This document shows, piece after piece, positions 36,056 through 45,442 of a stretch of DNA of 64,000 bases. The notes beneath the pieces are model-generated. The model made no database searches. It saw only the letters and a program-made list of their open reading frames with translations, and was not told the DNA's origin. Every line of letters starts with the position of its first letter. The first letter of the stretch is position 1. This DNA is from an uncultured Nitrososphaerota archaeon (GTDB lineage Archaea; Korarchaeota; Korarchaeia; Korarchaeales; Korarchaeaceae): positions 1 through 64,000 of the forward strand of contig CAZQNA010000006.1 of the NCBI GenBank assembly GCA_964594835.1, in the 5' to 3' direction. A program made the position numbers and the translations under genes.

Positions 36056-36946
36056 CTACCACCAGGGCCCCCTGGAGAGGACCTCCCCCAGGTCGGCCCT
36101 GACAAGCACGTGAAAGCTCCTCCTCCTCTGAGCGTCCTGCGCCAGGTCAACGTCCACGAAGCCGTCGCTCATGAGTCGCTCGAAGGCCGAGGCGGTGACC
36201 TCCCTCCACTCCCCCAGGAGGTCGAGCCTGCCCCCCTCCCTGTACGCGGCCACGCTCCAGGGTATCTCCACGAGCACCACGTCGGACTTGGGGCGGGGGT
36301 TGAGGAGCCTGGGGCGGCGGAGCTCACCCTCCACCGGCCTGGAGTCGACGCAGACCCTCGCCCCCCTCTCCAGGAGTTCTCCGGGAGTGGGGGCCCGCCT
36401 CCTCCGGGCCAGGAGCGACCTCACCCTCTCGGACTCTAAGAACCACTCAGCCACGACCCTGTCCGACCGCACCCCCTTGTTCACGTCGTCCAGCATCTCC
36501 CCGTAGTAACCCCTCGCATAGGTCCTCACGACCACGCCCAGCTTCCCGAGGTTGAGCCGGGAGTTCCCCCTCTGGAGGGGGTCGAACGTCCACTTCATCA
36601 GCCTCAGGCCCATGGAGAGGGCCGCCTCCCTCTGGGCCAGCTTCAGCCTGAACCCGATCCCCCTCCCCTGCCACTCGGGGACGACCCCCATCATGTGGGA
36701 GTAGTGGTAGGGCCCCTCCGGCCCCAGGCCCGTGAACCCGAAGATGAACCCGATCAGCCTGCCGAGGGGGTCGAAGGCCCCCAGGACCACACCCCCGTTC
36801 CTGGAGGCCGCTATCAGCACGTGGGCCGGCACCTGCTCCACCTCAGGCATCCCCCAGGCGCGAGACTGGACCTTCAATGCCTCGAAGAACTCCTCGTGGC
36901 TTGAGAGGGGCCTTATCGACACCTCCCTCGCCCGGGCACCAGCCAA
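36056..36946 (-). CDS. GNAT family N-acyltransferase
   Basis: YSHMMGVVPEWQGRGIG, WTFDPL, NLGKLG, SDRVVAEW; TTG start after GGGGGTGA. Confidence 0.85.
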   Translation of the reverse strand: MAGARAREVSIRPLSSHEEFFEALKVQSRAWGMPEVEQVPAHVLIAASRNGGVVLGAFDPLGRLIGFIFGFTGLGPEGPYHYSHMMGVVPEWQGRGIGFRLKLAQREAALSMGLRLMKWTFDPLQRGNSRLNLGKLGVVVRTYARGYYGEMLDDVNKGVRSDRVVAEWFLESERVRSLLARRRRAPTPGELLERGARVCVDSRPVEGELRRPRLLNPRPKSDVVLVEIPWSVAAYREGGRLDLLGEWREVTASAFERLMSDGFVDVDLAQDAQRRRSFHVLVRADLGEVLSRGPWW

Positions 36947-37020
36947 GGAGTCACCCCCTTCCGGGGAGCCGTCGCCAGCGACTTCTTTAAGTCGTGGGAT
37001 GCCGGTCCCGCCCGACCGGC

Positions 37021-37512
37021 TCACCCGTCGACCCCTCTCGAGGCGCCCCTCTTCGGCCTCAGGCGCACCTTGCAGGTCTCCCCTGGCGTGAGCCTCGCCT
37101 GCGCGCTCAGCTGCTTGCCCAGAACCTGCCCGATCATGTAGGCGAGCATCCCTCCCCACGGGCAGGCGGTCCCCTCGAACTCGTAGCCGCCAACCCTCTT
37201 CGGGCAGATCAGGCAGCCGTCGATGGTCACCGTCACCGAGCCGTCGTCTTCCAGTTCGAACCTGAGGGACTCGGCCAGGCCGCTGGACACCAGGGCATCC
37301 TCCAGCTCCTCGAGCGAGGCCGGCTGGCCCTCGCTCCTGGTCAGGTGCTTCATGATCTCCCTGCCCACGGCGTACCCGACCACGTTCACCACCGCCTGGG
37401 TGGTCTTCCCGGGCAGGAGGGACTCCAGGCCCACCATGAACCCTATGATTATCGAGTTCAGCAGCTCCAGACGCCTCTCGGAGGGGGGCCAAGTTCCCGA
37501 CAACTGAGACAC
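37021..37512 (-). CDS. V4R/methanogen-output-domain-like protein
   Basis: VGYAVGRE helix, GCLICP, ACPWGG, CKV cysteine pattern. Confidence 0.65.
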   Translation of the reverse strand: MSQLSGTWPPSERRLELLNSIIIGFMVGLESLLPGKTTQAVVNVVGYAVGREIMKHLTRSEGQPASLEELEDALVSSGLAESLRFELEDDGSVTVTIDGCLICPKRVGGYEFEGTACPWGGMLAYMIGQVLGKQLSAQARLTPGETCKVRLRPKRGASRGVDG

Positions 37513-37563
37513 CCACCGCTCTGCGTAGGCGGCCTCGCTCCACCCACTGCTTTTCTCTGTTAC

Positions 37564-38349
37564 TCATGAACGGAGCCGCCAAGCGACCAGGGCCGGCGCG
37601 GCGCCCGCGACCAACCCGGCGGTCGACGCGACGACTCCGCCCAGCCCGGTGAGGATCGAGCCGCCCGTCGCGAAGGTCCCCACGAGCAGGTCCCACGCCG
37701 AGTGCATCGCCACCGGACCCAGCAGGTTCCCGGTGACGTCCAGGTAGAGGCACATCACCAGCCCGAAGCCGAACACGCCGTACAGGTGCCACGCCATCTC
37801 CCACGGGGACATCTCGTAGACGAACACGTCTATCGGGATGTGCGAGACGGCGAAGAGCGTCGAGGAGACGAGGGCAGCCGCGGCAGTCCCCCACGGACCG
37901 GTCAGGTCCCTCCTGAGCTCCCTGTATATGTAGCCGCGGTCCATGGCCTCCTCAGAAAGCCCAACCACGAGCGACACGTTCACGGCGTAGGACGCCCACC
38001 TCCAGTTCAGCTCCACCAGGTCGACGGTCGGCTGGCCGAGGATCTTCCACGGCACCAGGACCTCCCCGACTGCCCAGGACGAGGCCGCCCCCAACAGGCC
38101 GAGGGCGACGGCCGGCGCCGCGCCCCTGCCGGTCAGGCCGATGTACCGGAGCCCGCCGCCGTCCAGCGCCCTGGCGAACAGGAGCGTGAGGCCGAAGATT
38201 CCCAAGAGCTTGGCGGGTATGTCCAGGAGGTACATGGCCGCGCCCGCCCCGACGAATGCCCCGATGAGGTAGCGATAGGGAGTCCACGTGGCCACGTGCG
38301 CGGCGAAGAGCCCGAGGGCGTGTCTCCAGTGCCCCCCACCCCTTGACAT
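37564..38349 (-). CDS. CPBP/Abi (Rce1-like) intramembrane glutamic endopeptidase
   Basis: EEAMDRG, FAVSH, HSAWD motifs; multiple TM. Confidence 0.88.
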   Translation of the reverse strand: MSRGGGHWRHALGLFAAHVATWTPYRYLIGAFVGAGAAMYLLDIPAKLLGIFGLTLLFARALDGGGLRYIGLTGRGAAPAVALGLLGAASSWAVGEVLVPWKILGQPTVDLVELNWRWASYAVNVSLVVGLSEEAMDRGYIYRELRRDLTGPWGTAAAALVSSTLFAVSHIPIDVFVYEMSPWEMAWHLYGVFGFGLVMCLYLDVTGNLLGPVAMHSAWDLLVGTFATGGSILTGLGGVVASTAGLVAGAAPALVAWRLRS

Positions 38350-38403
38350 CCAGCCCCCGCTCAGCCCGAAAAAATAATGGTGCGCCGGCCCGGGCGATGC
38401 CCG

Positions 38404-38958
38404 ATGAGGGTGGAGTACCGGAGAGTGGTCGTGGAGGTCGTGGAGGGCGACATAACCTCCCTGGAGGTGGACGCCATAGTCAACCCGGCGAACCGCAGGC
38501 TCGTCATGGGGGGAGGAGTGGCCGGGGCGATAAGGAGGGTCGGGGGAGGGGACATAGAGAGGGAGGCGGTCTCGAAGGGCCCCATAGAAATAGGAGAGGC
38601 GGTAGCCACCTCCGCCGGTTGCCTGCCGGCCAGGTACGTCATACACGCCCCGACCGTCTGCAGCCCGGGTGGGAGGGCGACCCTGAGCTCCGTGAGGGCG
38701 GCCACGCGCGCGGCCCTGCGCCTGGCCGACGACCTGGGCGTCGAGTCCCTGGCCTTCCCCGGGATGGGCACGGGCGTCGGGGGGCTGAGCGTCGGCGAGG
38801 CGGTCAGGGTCATGGGGGAGGAGATCAGAACCCACATCGACCGGGGCACCGGGCTCGGGAGGGTCGTGCTCGTCGCCTACGGTCGGCGAGCCCTGAACGA
38901 GTTCGAGCGGGCCGTCCAGAGCTTGTTTGGGTCTGAGGGCGGTGAGCCTAGAGCCTGA
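38404..38958 (+). CDS. Macro domain (ADP-ribose binding/processing) protein
   Basis: GDIT, AIVNPAN, MGGGVAGAI, VIHAPT, GMGTGVGG. Confidence 0.92.
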   Translation: MRVEYRRVVVEVVEGDITSLEVDAIVNPANRRLVMGGGVAGAIRRVGGGDIEREAVSKGPIEIGEAVATSAGCLPARYVIHAPTVCSPGGRATLSSVRAATRAALRLADDLGVESLAFPGMGTGVGGLSVGEAVRVMGEEIRTHIDRGTGLGRVVLVAYGRRALNEFERAVQSLFGSEGGEPRA

Positions 38959-39058
38959 GTCCCAGGGAGTCGAAGAGCCGCTTCATCCTCGTGAGCTCCA
39001 CGAGCACCCCGTACCCCCTCCTCCCTGAGTTCATACTCCACCCTCCTACCCTCGGAGG

Positions 39059-39289
39059 TCACCTCAGACAGGATCCCACGGTCGAGGAGGTGCCGGACGT
39101 ACTCCCCCCGGGTCCGCGGGGGGCGAAGTACTGGACGAATCCCGAGATCAGGAGCACCGCCCCCACGACAAGCTGGGAGAGCGAGACGAAGGCCCTCAAC
39201 CTCAGCACCTGGAGTCGAATCCCATGCGAACCACCGGGTCCCGTCGGGGTCGAGGGTATATCCGGGATTCGGACGATTTGTCTGGCCAT
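39059..39289 (-). pseudogene. Possible truncated DUF4405-like membrane protein fragment
   Basis: LRAFVSLSQLVVGAVLLISGFVQYFAPRGPG resembles the first TM of this family; the His-containing second helix is absent. Confidence 0.35.
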
Positions 39290-39346
39290 CTGGCCGACCC
39301 GGCACAACCATAATATACCCCCGCGTGCGGCCCTCGGCCTCCGACC

Positions 39347-40672
39347 ATGATGAAGAGGTCCCTCAAGTGGGTTCTGCTGGCCGAGATGGCCCTCAGCTCC
39401 CTATACATGGCGCTCACCCGGAGCGTGTTCCTCATCTACCTCGCAGACCTGGGCCTGAACCTGGCCGGAATATCGTACGTCTCCGTCTGGGGGGGCGCGC
39501 TCGCCCTCCTGGTGGGTACCCTCGCCTACAAGAGGCCGAGGTCCCTCTCGAGGGAGGTGAAGTCTAAGCTCGTCCTGTCCCACCTGCTGGAGAGGCTGTG
39601 CTGGATTCCGATAGCCCTCGGGAGGTCGGTCGACATCGTGGCCTTAGCCTACACCGCCTACTCGGCCTTCCAGGCCCTGACCACGCTGGGCATGAACCTG
39701 GTGATATTCGGCTCGTTCGACGAGGAGGGCGTCCAAGATGTGGTCGCCGGCAGGATATCCAGCGGGGCTGCCGCCAGCCTCGTGGGCATGATCCTCGCCA
39801 CGGGCCTGCTCAGCCTGCTGGAGGGTCCCGGGAAGTTCGAGGTCATATTCACCCTCGGCTCGGGCCTGGGCCTGCTGTCGACGGGCCTGCTGGCTACCCA
39901 GGACCTCTCCCACCTGGAGGGGGTGGAGCCACCCGAGAGGGTCAGGGAGGAGGAGAGGATCTTTGCCGCCTCGGCCTACCAGCTCGCCCTGGCCTCCTCG
40001 GGCGCACTCTTCTCCATGTCGTGGATACCCTACCTCATCCACGTGGCCAGCTACCCAGACTACCTCGTGGCCGCCATGACCCTGGTCGGGACCGCCACCA
40101 GCATATTCGGCGCGCCGGTGTGGAGGCACGTCAATCCCAGGAGGTACAAGGTGGGCGTGCTGATCAACGCCCTGACCCCGGCCCTGGTGCCCATCTCCAC
40201 GCTTCCGGCGGTTCAGTTCGGCCTCTACGCGACCGCCGCCTTCTCCTTCAACGCTGCCAGCCTGCTGGGGACCTACCTCTTCGCCAGGTACAACAGGTGG
40301 CTCGGCTCGGTGAGGTCCAGCGCCCTCTCCCTGGCCATCTCCGGCGCCGCCCAGCTGGGCGCGTCCGGGGTGGGCCTCCTGATGGGGCCGAGGTTCGGGC
40401 TGGCCTTCGCCGCGGCCTCGGCGCTCAAGTTCACGGCGCTGGCCCTCTCGGCCCTCATAGTGCCGGAGGTGGCGGTCGTCCCGCCCCACATCGCCAAGGC
40501 CTACGCCAACTCCGCCTACGGGGCCACGCTGATGGGTTACAGGGTCAGCGTGGCGATAACGCGGGAGACCCTAACCGCGGCCCTGAGGATGATGGCGCTG
40601 ACGCTCGCCCTCCTCACCCTATACATCATATACAGGATCGCCGCGATCTTGATCACGGCGGGGGTGGGCTGA
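39347..40672 (+). CDS. Divergent MFS-like transporter
   Basis: About 12-13 TM in two halves with a central charged loop. Confidence 0.7.
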   Translation: MMKRSLKWVLLAEMALSSLYMALTRSVFLIYLADLGLNLAGISYVSVWGGALALLVGTLAYKRPRSLSREVKSKLVLSHLLERLCWIPIALGRSVDIVALAYTAYSAFQALTTLGMNLVIFGSFDEEGVQDVVAGRISSGAAASLVGMILATGLLSLLEGPGKFEVIFTLGSGLGLLSTGLLATQDLSHLEGVEPPERVREEERIFAASAYQLALASSGALFSMSWIPYLIHVASYPDYLVAAMTLVGTATSIFGAPVWRHVNPRRYKVGVLINALTPALVPISTLPAVQFGLYATAAFSFNAASLLGTYLFARYNRWLGSVRSSALSLAISGAAQLGASGVGLLMGPRFGLAFAAASALKFTALALSALIVPEVAVVPPHIAKAYANSAYGATLMGYRVSVAITRETLTAALRMMALTLALLTLYIIYRIAAILITAGVG

Positions 40673-40691
40673 TCTGCAGGCTCAGGACGTC

Positions 40692-41390
40692 TTGGCGGTG
40701 ATAGAGGACCTCCTGAGGAGGCTGGCGCAGGAGCTGGCCGAGCTGGCCCCTAGGCTCTTCTTGGCCCTCCTCGCGGTCATGGCCACGCTGGTCTCGGTCA
40801 AGGTGGTCAACACGTACCTGAGGAGGCTCCTCACTTTCTCCAAGATCGACGAGGCGGTCGAGAGGCTGACCGGGTCGAGGCTCCCCATCTCCCCCTCCAG
40901 CTTGATCGTGGGCGCGGCGGACCTGGGGCTCGGGTTCATAGGGGCGTACCTTGCCATGAGCCTCCTGCTCCCGCCCGACCTCATGGTGCGGGTCGACTCC
41001 GCCGTGCTGTACGCGGCGAGGGTCCTGAGCGTCCTGGCAATGATAGGATTCGTCCTCCTCGCCTTCAACATGCTCATGGGCAGGATAAGGCTTGAGACCA
41101 AGCTCAAGAGCTACATGACCTTCGTCTCCTTCCTACTTGCGACGGCGCTGCTGATAGACGTGGTGGCCCTCTCCGATCCCGTCAAGCAGGCCCTCGTCTC
41201 GGGCCTGGCGATAGGCATAGGCCTCTCCATAGCCGTATTCGCCGCCTGGTTCTTCTTCGCGGACTACATCGAGCGCTACGTCCGCGCGGTCGAGGGGAGG
41301 AGGCGCGCTGCGGGGGCCGTGTCGCCTCAAAGTGATCAGGACGGCCCGGCCGGAGTAGAAGCCCACGCCGATGGAGGGGCTCAAGGTTAA
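40692..41390 (+). CDS. Membrane protein resembling MscS-associated TM-helix proteins
   Basis: LAPRLFLALL start, about 5 TM, GLAIGIGLSIA. Confidence 0.55.
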   Translation: MAVIEDLLRRLAQELAELAPRLFLALLAVMATLVSVKVVNTYLRRLLTFSKIDEAVERLTGSRLPISPSSLIVGAADLGLGFIGAYLAMSLLLPPDLMVRVDSAVLYAARVLSVLAMIGFVLLAFNMLMGRIRLETKLKSYMTFVSFLLATALLIDVVALSDPVKQALVSGLAIGIGLSIAVFAAWFFFADYIERYVRAVEGRRRAAGAVSPQSDQDGPAGVEAHADGGAQG

Positions 41391-41437
41391 AAGGCAATCC
41401 CTGCCGAATCTGGCAACCTGTCCAAGGGTGGCCTGGG

Positions 41438-42136
41438 TTGCTCTGGGGGGATGGCAGAGATTCCTCGGAGGCGCGGGAGCCAGTAAGGCCCCTCAAAAAC
41501 TCCTCCTCGCCCACTTGGGTCTTTCTCCCATCCCCGCTGGCCGCCATCCTGGGCGCCGTCGAGTCGCTGGGTTCGACCGTCCTCGGGGCACTCCTGGGTC
41601 TGGCCTTCCTGTACAGGAGGGGGAGGGACGAGGACAGGCCGGTGCCCAACAGGGTGCTCATCAAGTGGGATCCGGCGAAGCACAGGATCGACGATCTCGT
41701 CGCGGCCGTCAGGACCCTCTGTGCCGGCAGACCCTCGACCATACTCACGAGGAGGGGAAGCCCGCTGGCCGCCCAGATCAGGGGCGAGTTCGGAGACAGG
41801 TGGAGGCTGGTCTACCTGAAGCAGGGCCTGGCCTACCCGACGGCCACGGGAAACGCCGTGATGGCCGCCCCGACCACCCCACACGTAATTGGCCTGATAA
41901 AGAGGGCCAGGAGGGAGTTCGGGGGGCCGATTGCGGTGGTGATAGACAGCCTGACGGACCTGACGATGATTCTCGGCACGAAGAGGGCGTACGAGCTGGT
42001 CAGGGAGATGCTGGACTCCCTGGACGAGGACGACAGGGTGGCCGCGATAATGGTCGGCGGGGCCCAGGAGGAGAGGGAGGAGATGCTCTTTAGGTCGCTC
42101 TTCCCGAACGAGTTTCCGATCGTGAAGCCCAGGTAG
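41438..42136 (+). CDS. Membrane-anchored DUF835/inactive KaiC-like domain protein
   Basis: TM helix followed by RecA-like VVIDSLTDL ... GAQEEREEMLFRSLF; no Walker A. Start uncertain. Confidence 0.6.
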   Translation: MLWGDGRDSSEAREPVRPLKNSSSPTWVFLPSPLAAILGAVESLGSTVLGALLGLAFLYRRGRDEDRPVPNRVLIKWDPAKHRIDDLVAAVRTLCAGRPSTILTRRGSPLAAQIRGEFGDRWRLVYLKQGLAYPTATGNAVMAAPTTPHVIGLIKRARREFGGPIAVVIDSLTDLTMILGTKRAYELVREMLDSLDEDDRVAAIMVGGAQEEREEMLFRSLFPNEFPIVKPR

Positions 42137-42164
42137 GCGCCTCGGCGCGACGGGATGCCCCGGC

Positions 42165-42518
42165 TCACGGGACCCTGATCCTCACTCCCCCACCGGGCAG
42201 CCGGCCCACGACCTCCGCCGCCCTCCTGGCGCCCAGGAACAGAGCCTCTGCAAGCTCTTCCATCGAGATACCGAGTCTCTCGGCGGACTCCCTGAGGTCG
42301 TAGGCCCCCCTTACCCACACCGTCACCATGCTGCCGAACAGGCCGATCCTCAGGTGTGTGGGGACGTTGACGCCTGCAGGCATCAGCGCAAAGCCCTCCG
42401 CCCTCCTCTCGGCCACGAATCCGACGGACTCAATAACTCTGACAAGCTCCGTAGCCAAGTCCATTGCGGCCCTGGGCCCCGCGTCCGCGACTATCTCAAC
42501 GCTGGCCAGCTTGGACAT
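42165..42518 (-). CDS. Hypothetical protein
   Basis: 117-aa ORF with natural composition filling the gap between genes. Confidence 0.55.
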   Translation of the reverse strand: MSKLASVEIVADAGPRAAMDLATELVRVIESVGFVAERRAEGFALMPAGVNVPTHLRIGLFGSMVTVWVRGAYDLRESAERLGISMEELAEALFLGARRAAEVVGRLPGGGVRIRVP

Positions 42519-42617
42519 CAGCTCCTCGACGGATCCGGATTCGGGCAGACTCTCACCGCGAAAACCCTGCTGCGCGTGTCAATTAACCTTTGTCCGCCAC
42601 AGAAAAATGTGGGGGGG

Positions 42618-44243
42618 TCAGGTCGGCGGGATCTCTTGGAACAGCGTTCTCACGTCAACCCCCCTTCTCCTGTTGTAGACCATGTAACCCACGAAGATGG
42701 ACGCTCCTGCCCCGTAAAAGAGCGAGATCCAGAGCATGTCGGATATGGCGGCCCCGGACCCGATGAGGCTCAGGTAGAGCCAGAAGTTCAGCACCATGGT
42801 CCCTATCCCCGCTACGGACATCAGGGGTATACCGGCCACCTCGTGCCTGAGGGGGCTCCTCTCGTAGAGGTCGGACCTGATGAAGGGGAGCACGGTCGCG
42901 GCCGCGCCTCCGAAGACGGACGGAAACCACCACAGCAGGGTCGAGAGTCCGTCTAGTGTGTTGATGAAGCCGATCGCCCCCACGTAGTGAAGCTTCTCGG
43001 CGGCGTACCACCAGACCACGCTGAGCTGCCCCAGGACCGTCGCGAGCAGCACGGCCTTGGTGGGCGAGCCGTACCTGTTGACCTCCGCCAGGCTCTCCGG
43101 GAAGAACCTGTCGAAGGACCAGGCGAACGGGAGCCTCGTGCTAACCAGGTAGAAGGCGGGAACGTCGTTCAGCAGCCAGAGGGCCGCCATCAGGGCAACC
43201 AGGAGCTGGAAGGCGGGCCGGCCGGGCATTAGCCCCGCGGCGAAGAGGGGGAGCATGGGCCTACCTGAGTAGGGCATCACCTCCGCGAGCCTGTCGCCCG
43301 CCTCGAAGAAGGCGTAGGTGTAGGCGCTGACGAACTCCTCGTAGGCCCCGTACAGCAGGAAGGCCGCGGAGACCATGTAGGCCGCGATGACCGCGACGGC
43401 CATGACGCCGCCCCAGACGGCGCTCTTCTTGACGTCCCTCACCTCCCCGCCGATGTACGTGACCATGGCCCAGCTCCCCACGAACGCGAACATGGGGGAC
43501 AGCAGGGCCCCAGCCGTGGCGTCCCAGCTCAGCGTCGCGTAGGCGGCGGAGTTCCACCCGGCCTCTCTGGCTATGGCGAGTATGGCGTCCCAGGTCCCGG
43601 CCCCGAAGGTCGCGTCCCACAGGGCTTGGGCCGACCCTAGCCCCCTGATCATGGCCCAGAAGAAGGCGGCGCTGCCGAGCACGGGTATGGCGAAGAGGAC
43701 CCAGATCAGCCTGCTGTAAGCCCTGAGACCGAAGATGGAGACCAGGCCCATTCCCAGCGTTATCGCGGTGCCCAGCGCGAGCATCCACTCGGGGCTCGTG
43801 GCCAGGAGATCTCCGATTCCGAGCAGGGTCTGACTGCCGATCGCTCCCCCGGCGATCTGCAGGGAGAGACCCCAGTACCAGACGTCCCAGAAGGCTATGG
43901 TCCCGACGGCAATGGCGGTCGCGATCCAGTACCCCCAGCTCAGCACGAAGCCCAGTAGGGGGTTGATGGTCCTGGAGATGTACACGTAGTCCCCGCCGGT
44001 CCTGGGCATGGCCATCAGCAGGTAGGTGTAGGCCAGCGCGGTCACTATGGCCGCCGCCCCCACGATCAGGAAGGCGAGGGGCACGTTGGCTCCAGGGTGG
44101 TCGTAGGAGACCTTCACGAGGAGCCAGTTCACCCCTCCCCCTATGGTCCAGGACATGGCCGTGGCTAGGGCCGTCCAGGGCCCCACGGTCCTGACCAGGC
44201 CGGAGGCCCTGCGCACGAACAGGGTGGGTCTCCCAGACTCCAC
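42618..44243 (-). CDS. APC family amino acid/polyamine permease
   Basis: FVRRASGLVR, MPRTGGDYVYISR, GGEVRD, FAWSFDR, FQEIPP; SD GGAGGTG. Confidence 0.92.
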   Translation of the reverse strand: MESGRPTLFVRRASGLVRTVGPWTALATAMSWTIGGGVNWLLVKVSYDHPGANVPLAFLIVGAAAIVTALAYTYLLMAMPRTGGDYVYISRTINPLLGFVLSWGYWIATAIAVGTIAFWDVWYWGLSLQIAGGAIGSQTLLGIGDLLATSPEWMLALGTAITLGMGLVSIFGLRAYSRLIWVLFAIPVLGSAAFFWAMIRGLGSAQALWDATFGAGTWDAILAIAREAGWNSAAYATLSWDATAGALLSPMFAFVGSWAMVTYIGGEVRDVKKSAVWGGVMAVAVIAAYMVSAAFLLYGAYEEFVSAYTYAFFEAGDRLAEVMPYSGRPMLPLFAAGLMPGRPAFQLLVALMAALWLLNDVPAFYLVSTRLPFAWSFDRFFPESLAEVNRYGSPTKAVLLATVLGQLSVVWWYAAEKLHYVGAIGFINTLDGLSTLLWWFPSVFGGAAATVLPFIRSDLYERSPLRHEVAGIPLMSVAGIGTMVLNFWLYLSLIGSGAAISDMLWISLFYGAGASIFVGYMVYNRRRGVDVRTLFQEIPPT

Positions 44244-44263
44244 GCTGACACCTCCCGAGTGAC

Positions 44264-44309
44264 GAGCCGAGGCCGCGAGACGAGGTAGTGGCTACTGCGG
44301 CCTCAGCCC
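44264..44309 (-). promoter_or_regulatory. Stem-loop in long 5' leader of APC permease
   Basis: 13-bp stem whose two non-Watson-Crick pairs are both G-U on the transcribed strand; lies just upstream of the SD. Confidence 0.45.
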
Positions 44310-44476
44310 TGGCCTGGCTCTGGCCCTGGGATCTCTATCTGAGACTCAGACGGCCCGCTGACTCCAGCGAAAAGCAGGAAGGCGATCGCGCGGGCCGCCA
44401 TCACCGCACAGGCCTCCCGGCCAGGGCCGAGGGCCCGGCGAGTGACAGATATTAAGGGTTTCTCGGGCGAAATCCG

Positions 44477-45442
44477 GTGCCCGGATCCGAGGAGATCAAG
44501 GGCTACGCCATGCTACTCGGCGCCGCCGCGCTTTGGTCCACCACCGGCGTCGCCAGCAGGGCGGCCGTGATGTGCGGGTCGGACCCGTGGACCAACGCCT
44601 TCATGAGGGCGGGATTCGGGGCCCTGGCCGGAGGGCTCCTGACGCTCATCGGGGTCAGGGTCAGGTTCCTGGACATCAGGATGGCGGCCTACGGCCTCCT
44701 CCTCTCCACCCCACTCTACTCCTCCTACCTGGCGGCCGTGGAGCGCCTTGGCGCTGGCGTGGCCGCGGTCCTCCTCTACACGGCACCCTCGATCGTGGCC
44801 GTGAGCTCCGGTCCCCTCCTAGGGGAGAGGGTCACGAGGGTGAGGGCGGCGTGCGTGGCCCTGAGCTTCGCCGGGGTGTCGCTGATCCAGAGTCCCGCGA
44901 GTATGGGGACCGGGTTCGACGCCGCCGGGCTCGCCCTCGGCCTCCTGTCGGGCGTCTCCTACGCCGGGGTGATACTCGCCTCCCGGGCGCTCGTGACCTC
45001 TGGCTGGACCCCGACCGAGGTGGCACTCGGCCCCCTGCCCTGGGCCTCCCTCGGTACTGCTTTGGTGGCCGCCGCCAGGGGGAGCCTCAGGGTTCCCCCC
45101 GCTGGAGGCGTCCTCTGGGGGGTATACCTCGGCGTGTTCACAGCAGCCTCTGCCTATCTCCTGCATGCGTCCGGCCTGTCCAGGGTCCAGGCGACCCCCG
45201 CGGGCGTGGTGTCCAACCTCGAGCCCGTGCTTGCGGTGGTCTGGGGTGCGGCCCTTCTGGGCGAGGATCTAAACGCCCCCAGGGTTCTCGGGTCTGCCCT
45301 GGTGATCTCCTCCGCCGTCGTGGCCTCGGCCGGGGACCTGCTCACTCAGAAGCCAACGTCCAGGTACTTGGAGAGCTCCCAGTCGCTCACCTTCGACCAG
45401 GTCGACCCCCAGTCGCCGACCTCCCGGAGGTACTCCCGGTAG
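44477..45442 (+). CDS. DMT/EamA family transporter
   Basis: LLYTAP, LGER, NLEPV, LLGE; about 10 TM. Confidence 0.88.
   Translation: MPGSEEIKGYAMLLGAAALWSTTGVASRAAVMCGSDPWTNAFMRAGFGALAGGLLTLIGVRVRFLDIRMAAYGLLLSTPLYSSYLAAVERLGAGVAAVLLYTAPSIVAVSSGPLLGERVTRVRAACVALSFAGVSLIQSPASMGTGFDAAGLALGLLSGVSYAGVILASRALVTSGWTPTEVALGPLPWASLGTALVAAARGSLRVPPAGGVLWGVYLGVFTAASAYLLHASGLSRVQATPAGVVSNLEPVLAVVWGAALLGEDLNAPRVLGSALVISSAVVASAGDLLTQKPTSRYLESSQSLTFDQVDPQSPTSRRYSR

Noticed and set aside
36947-37894. Apparent long N-terminal extension of the GNAT protein
   Set aside because: Off-frame shadow of the V4R-like and CPBP genes; own TATA and SD precede 36946.
37564-38349. Rce1-like protease processing the Rab-like GTPases
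   Set aside because: Neither GTPase has a C-terminal CAAX/CC/CXC motif; CPBP proteins are widespread in prokaryotes.
44300-44405. C/D box sRNA (GTGATGG ... CTGA on minus strand)
   Set aside because: C box is imperfect and spacing is far longer than in archaeal C/D guides.
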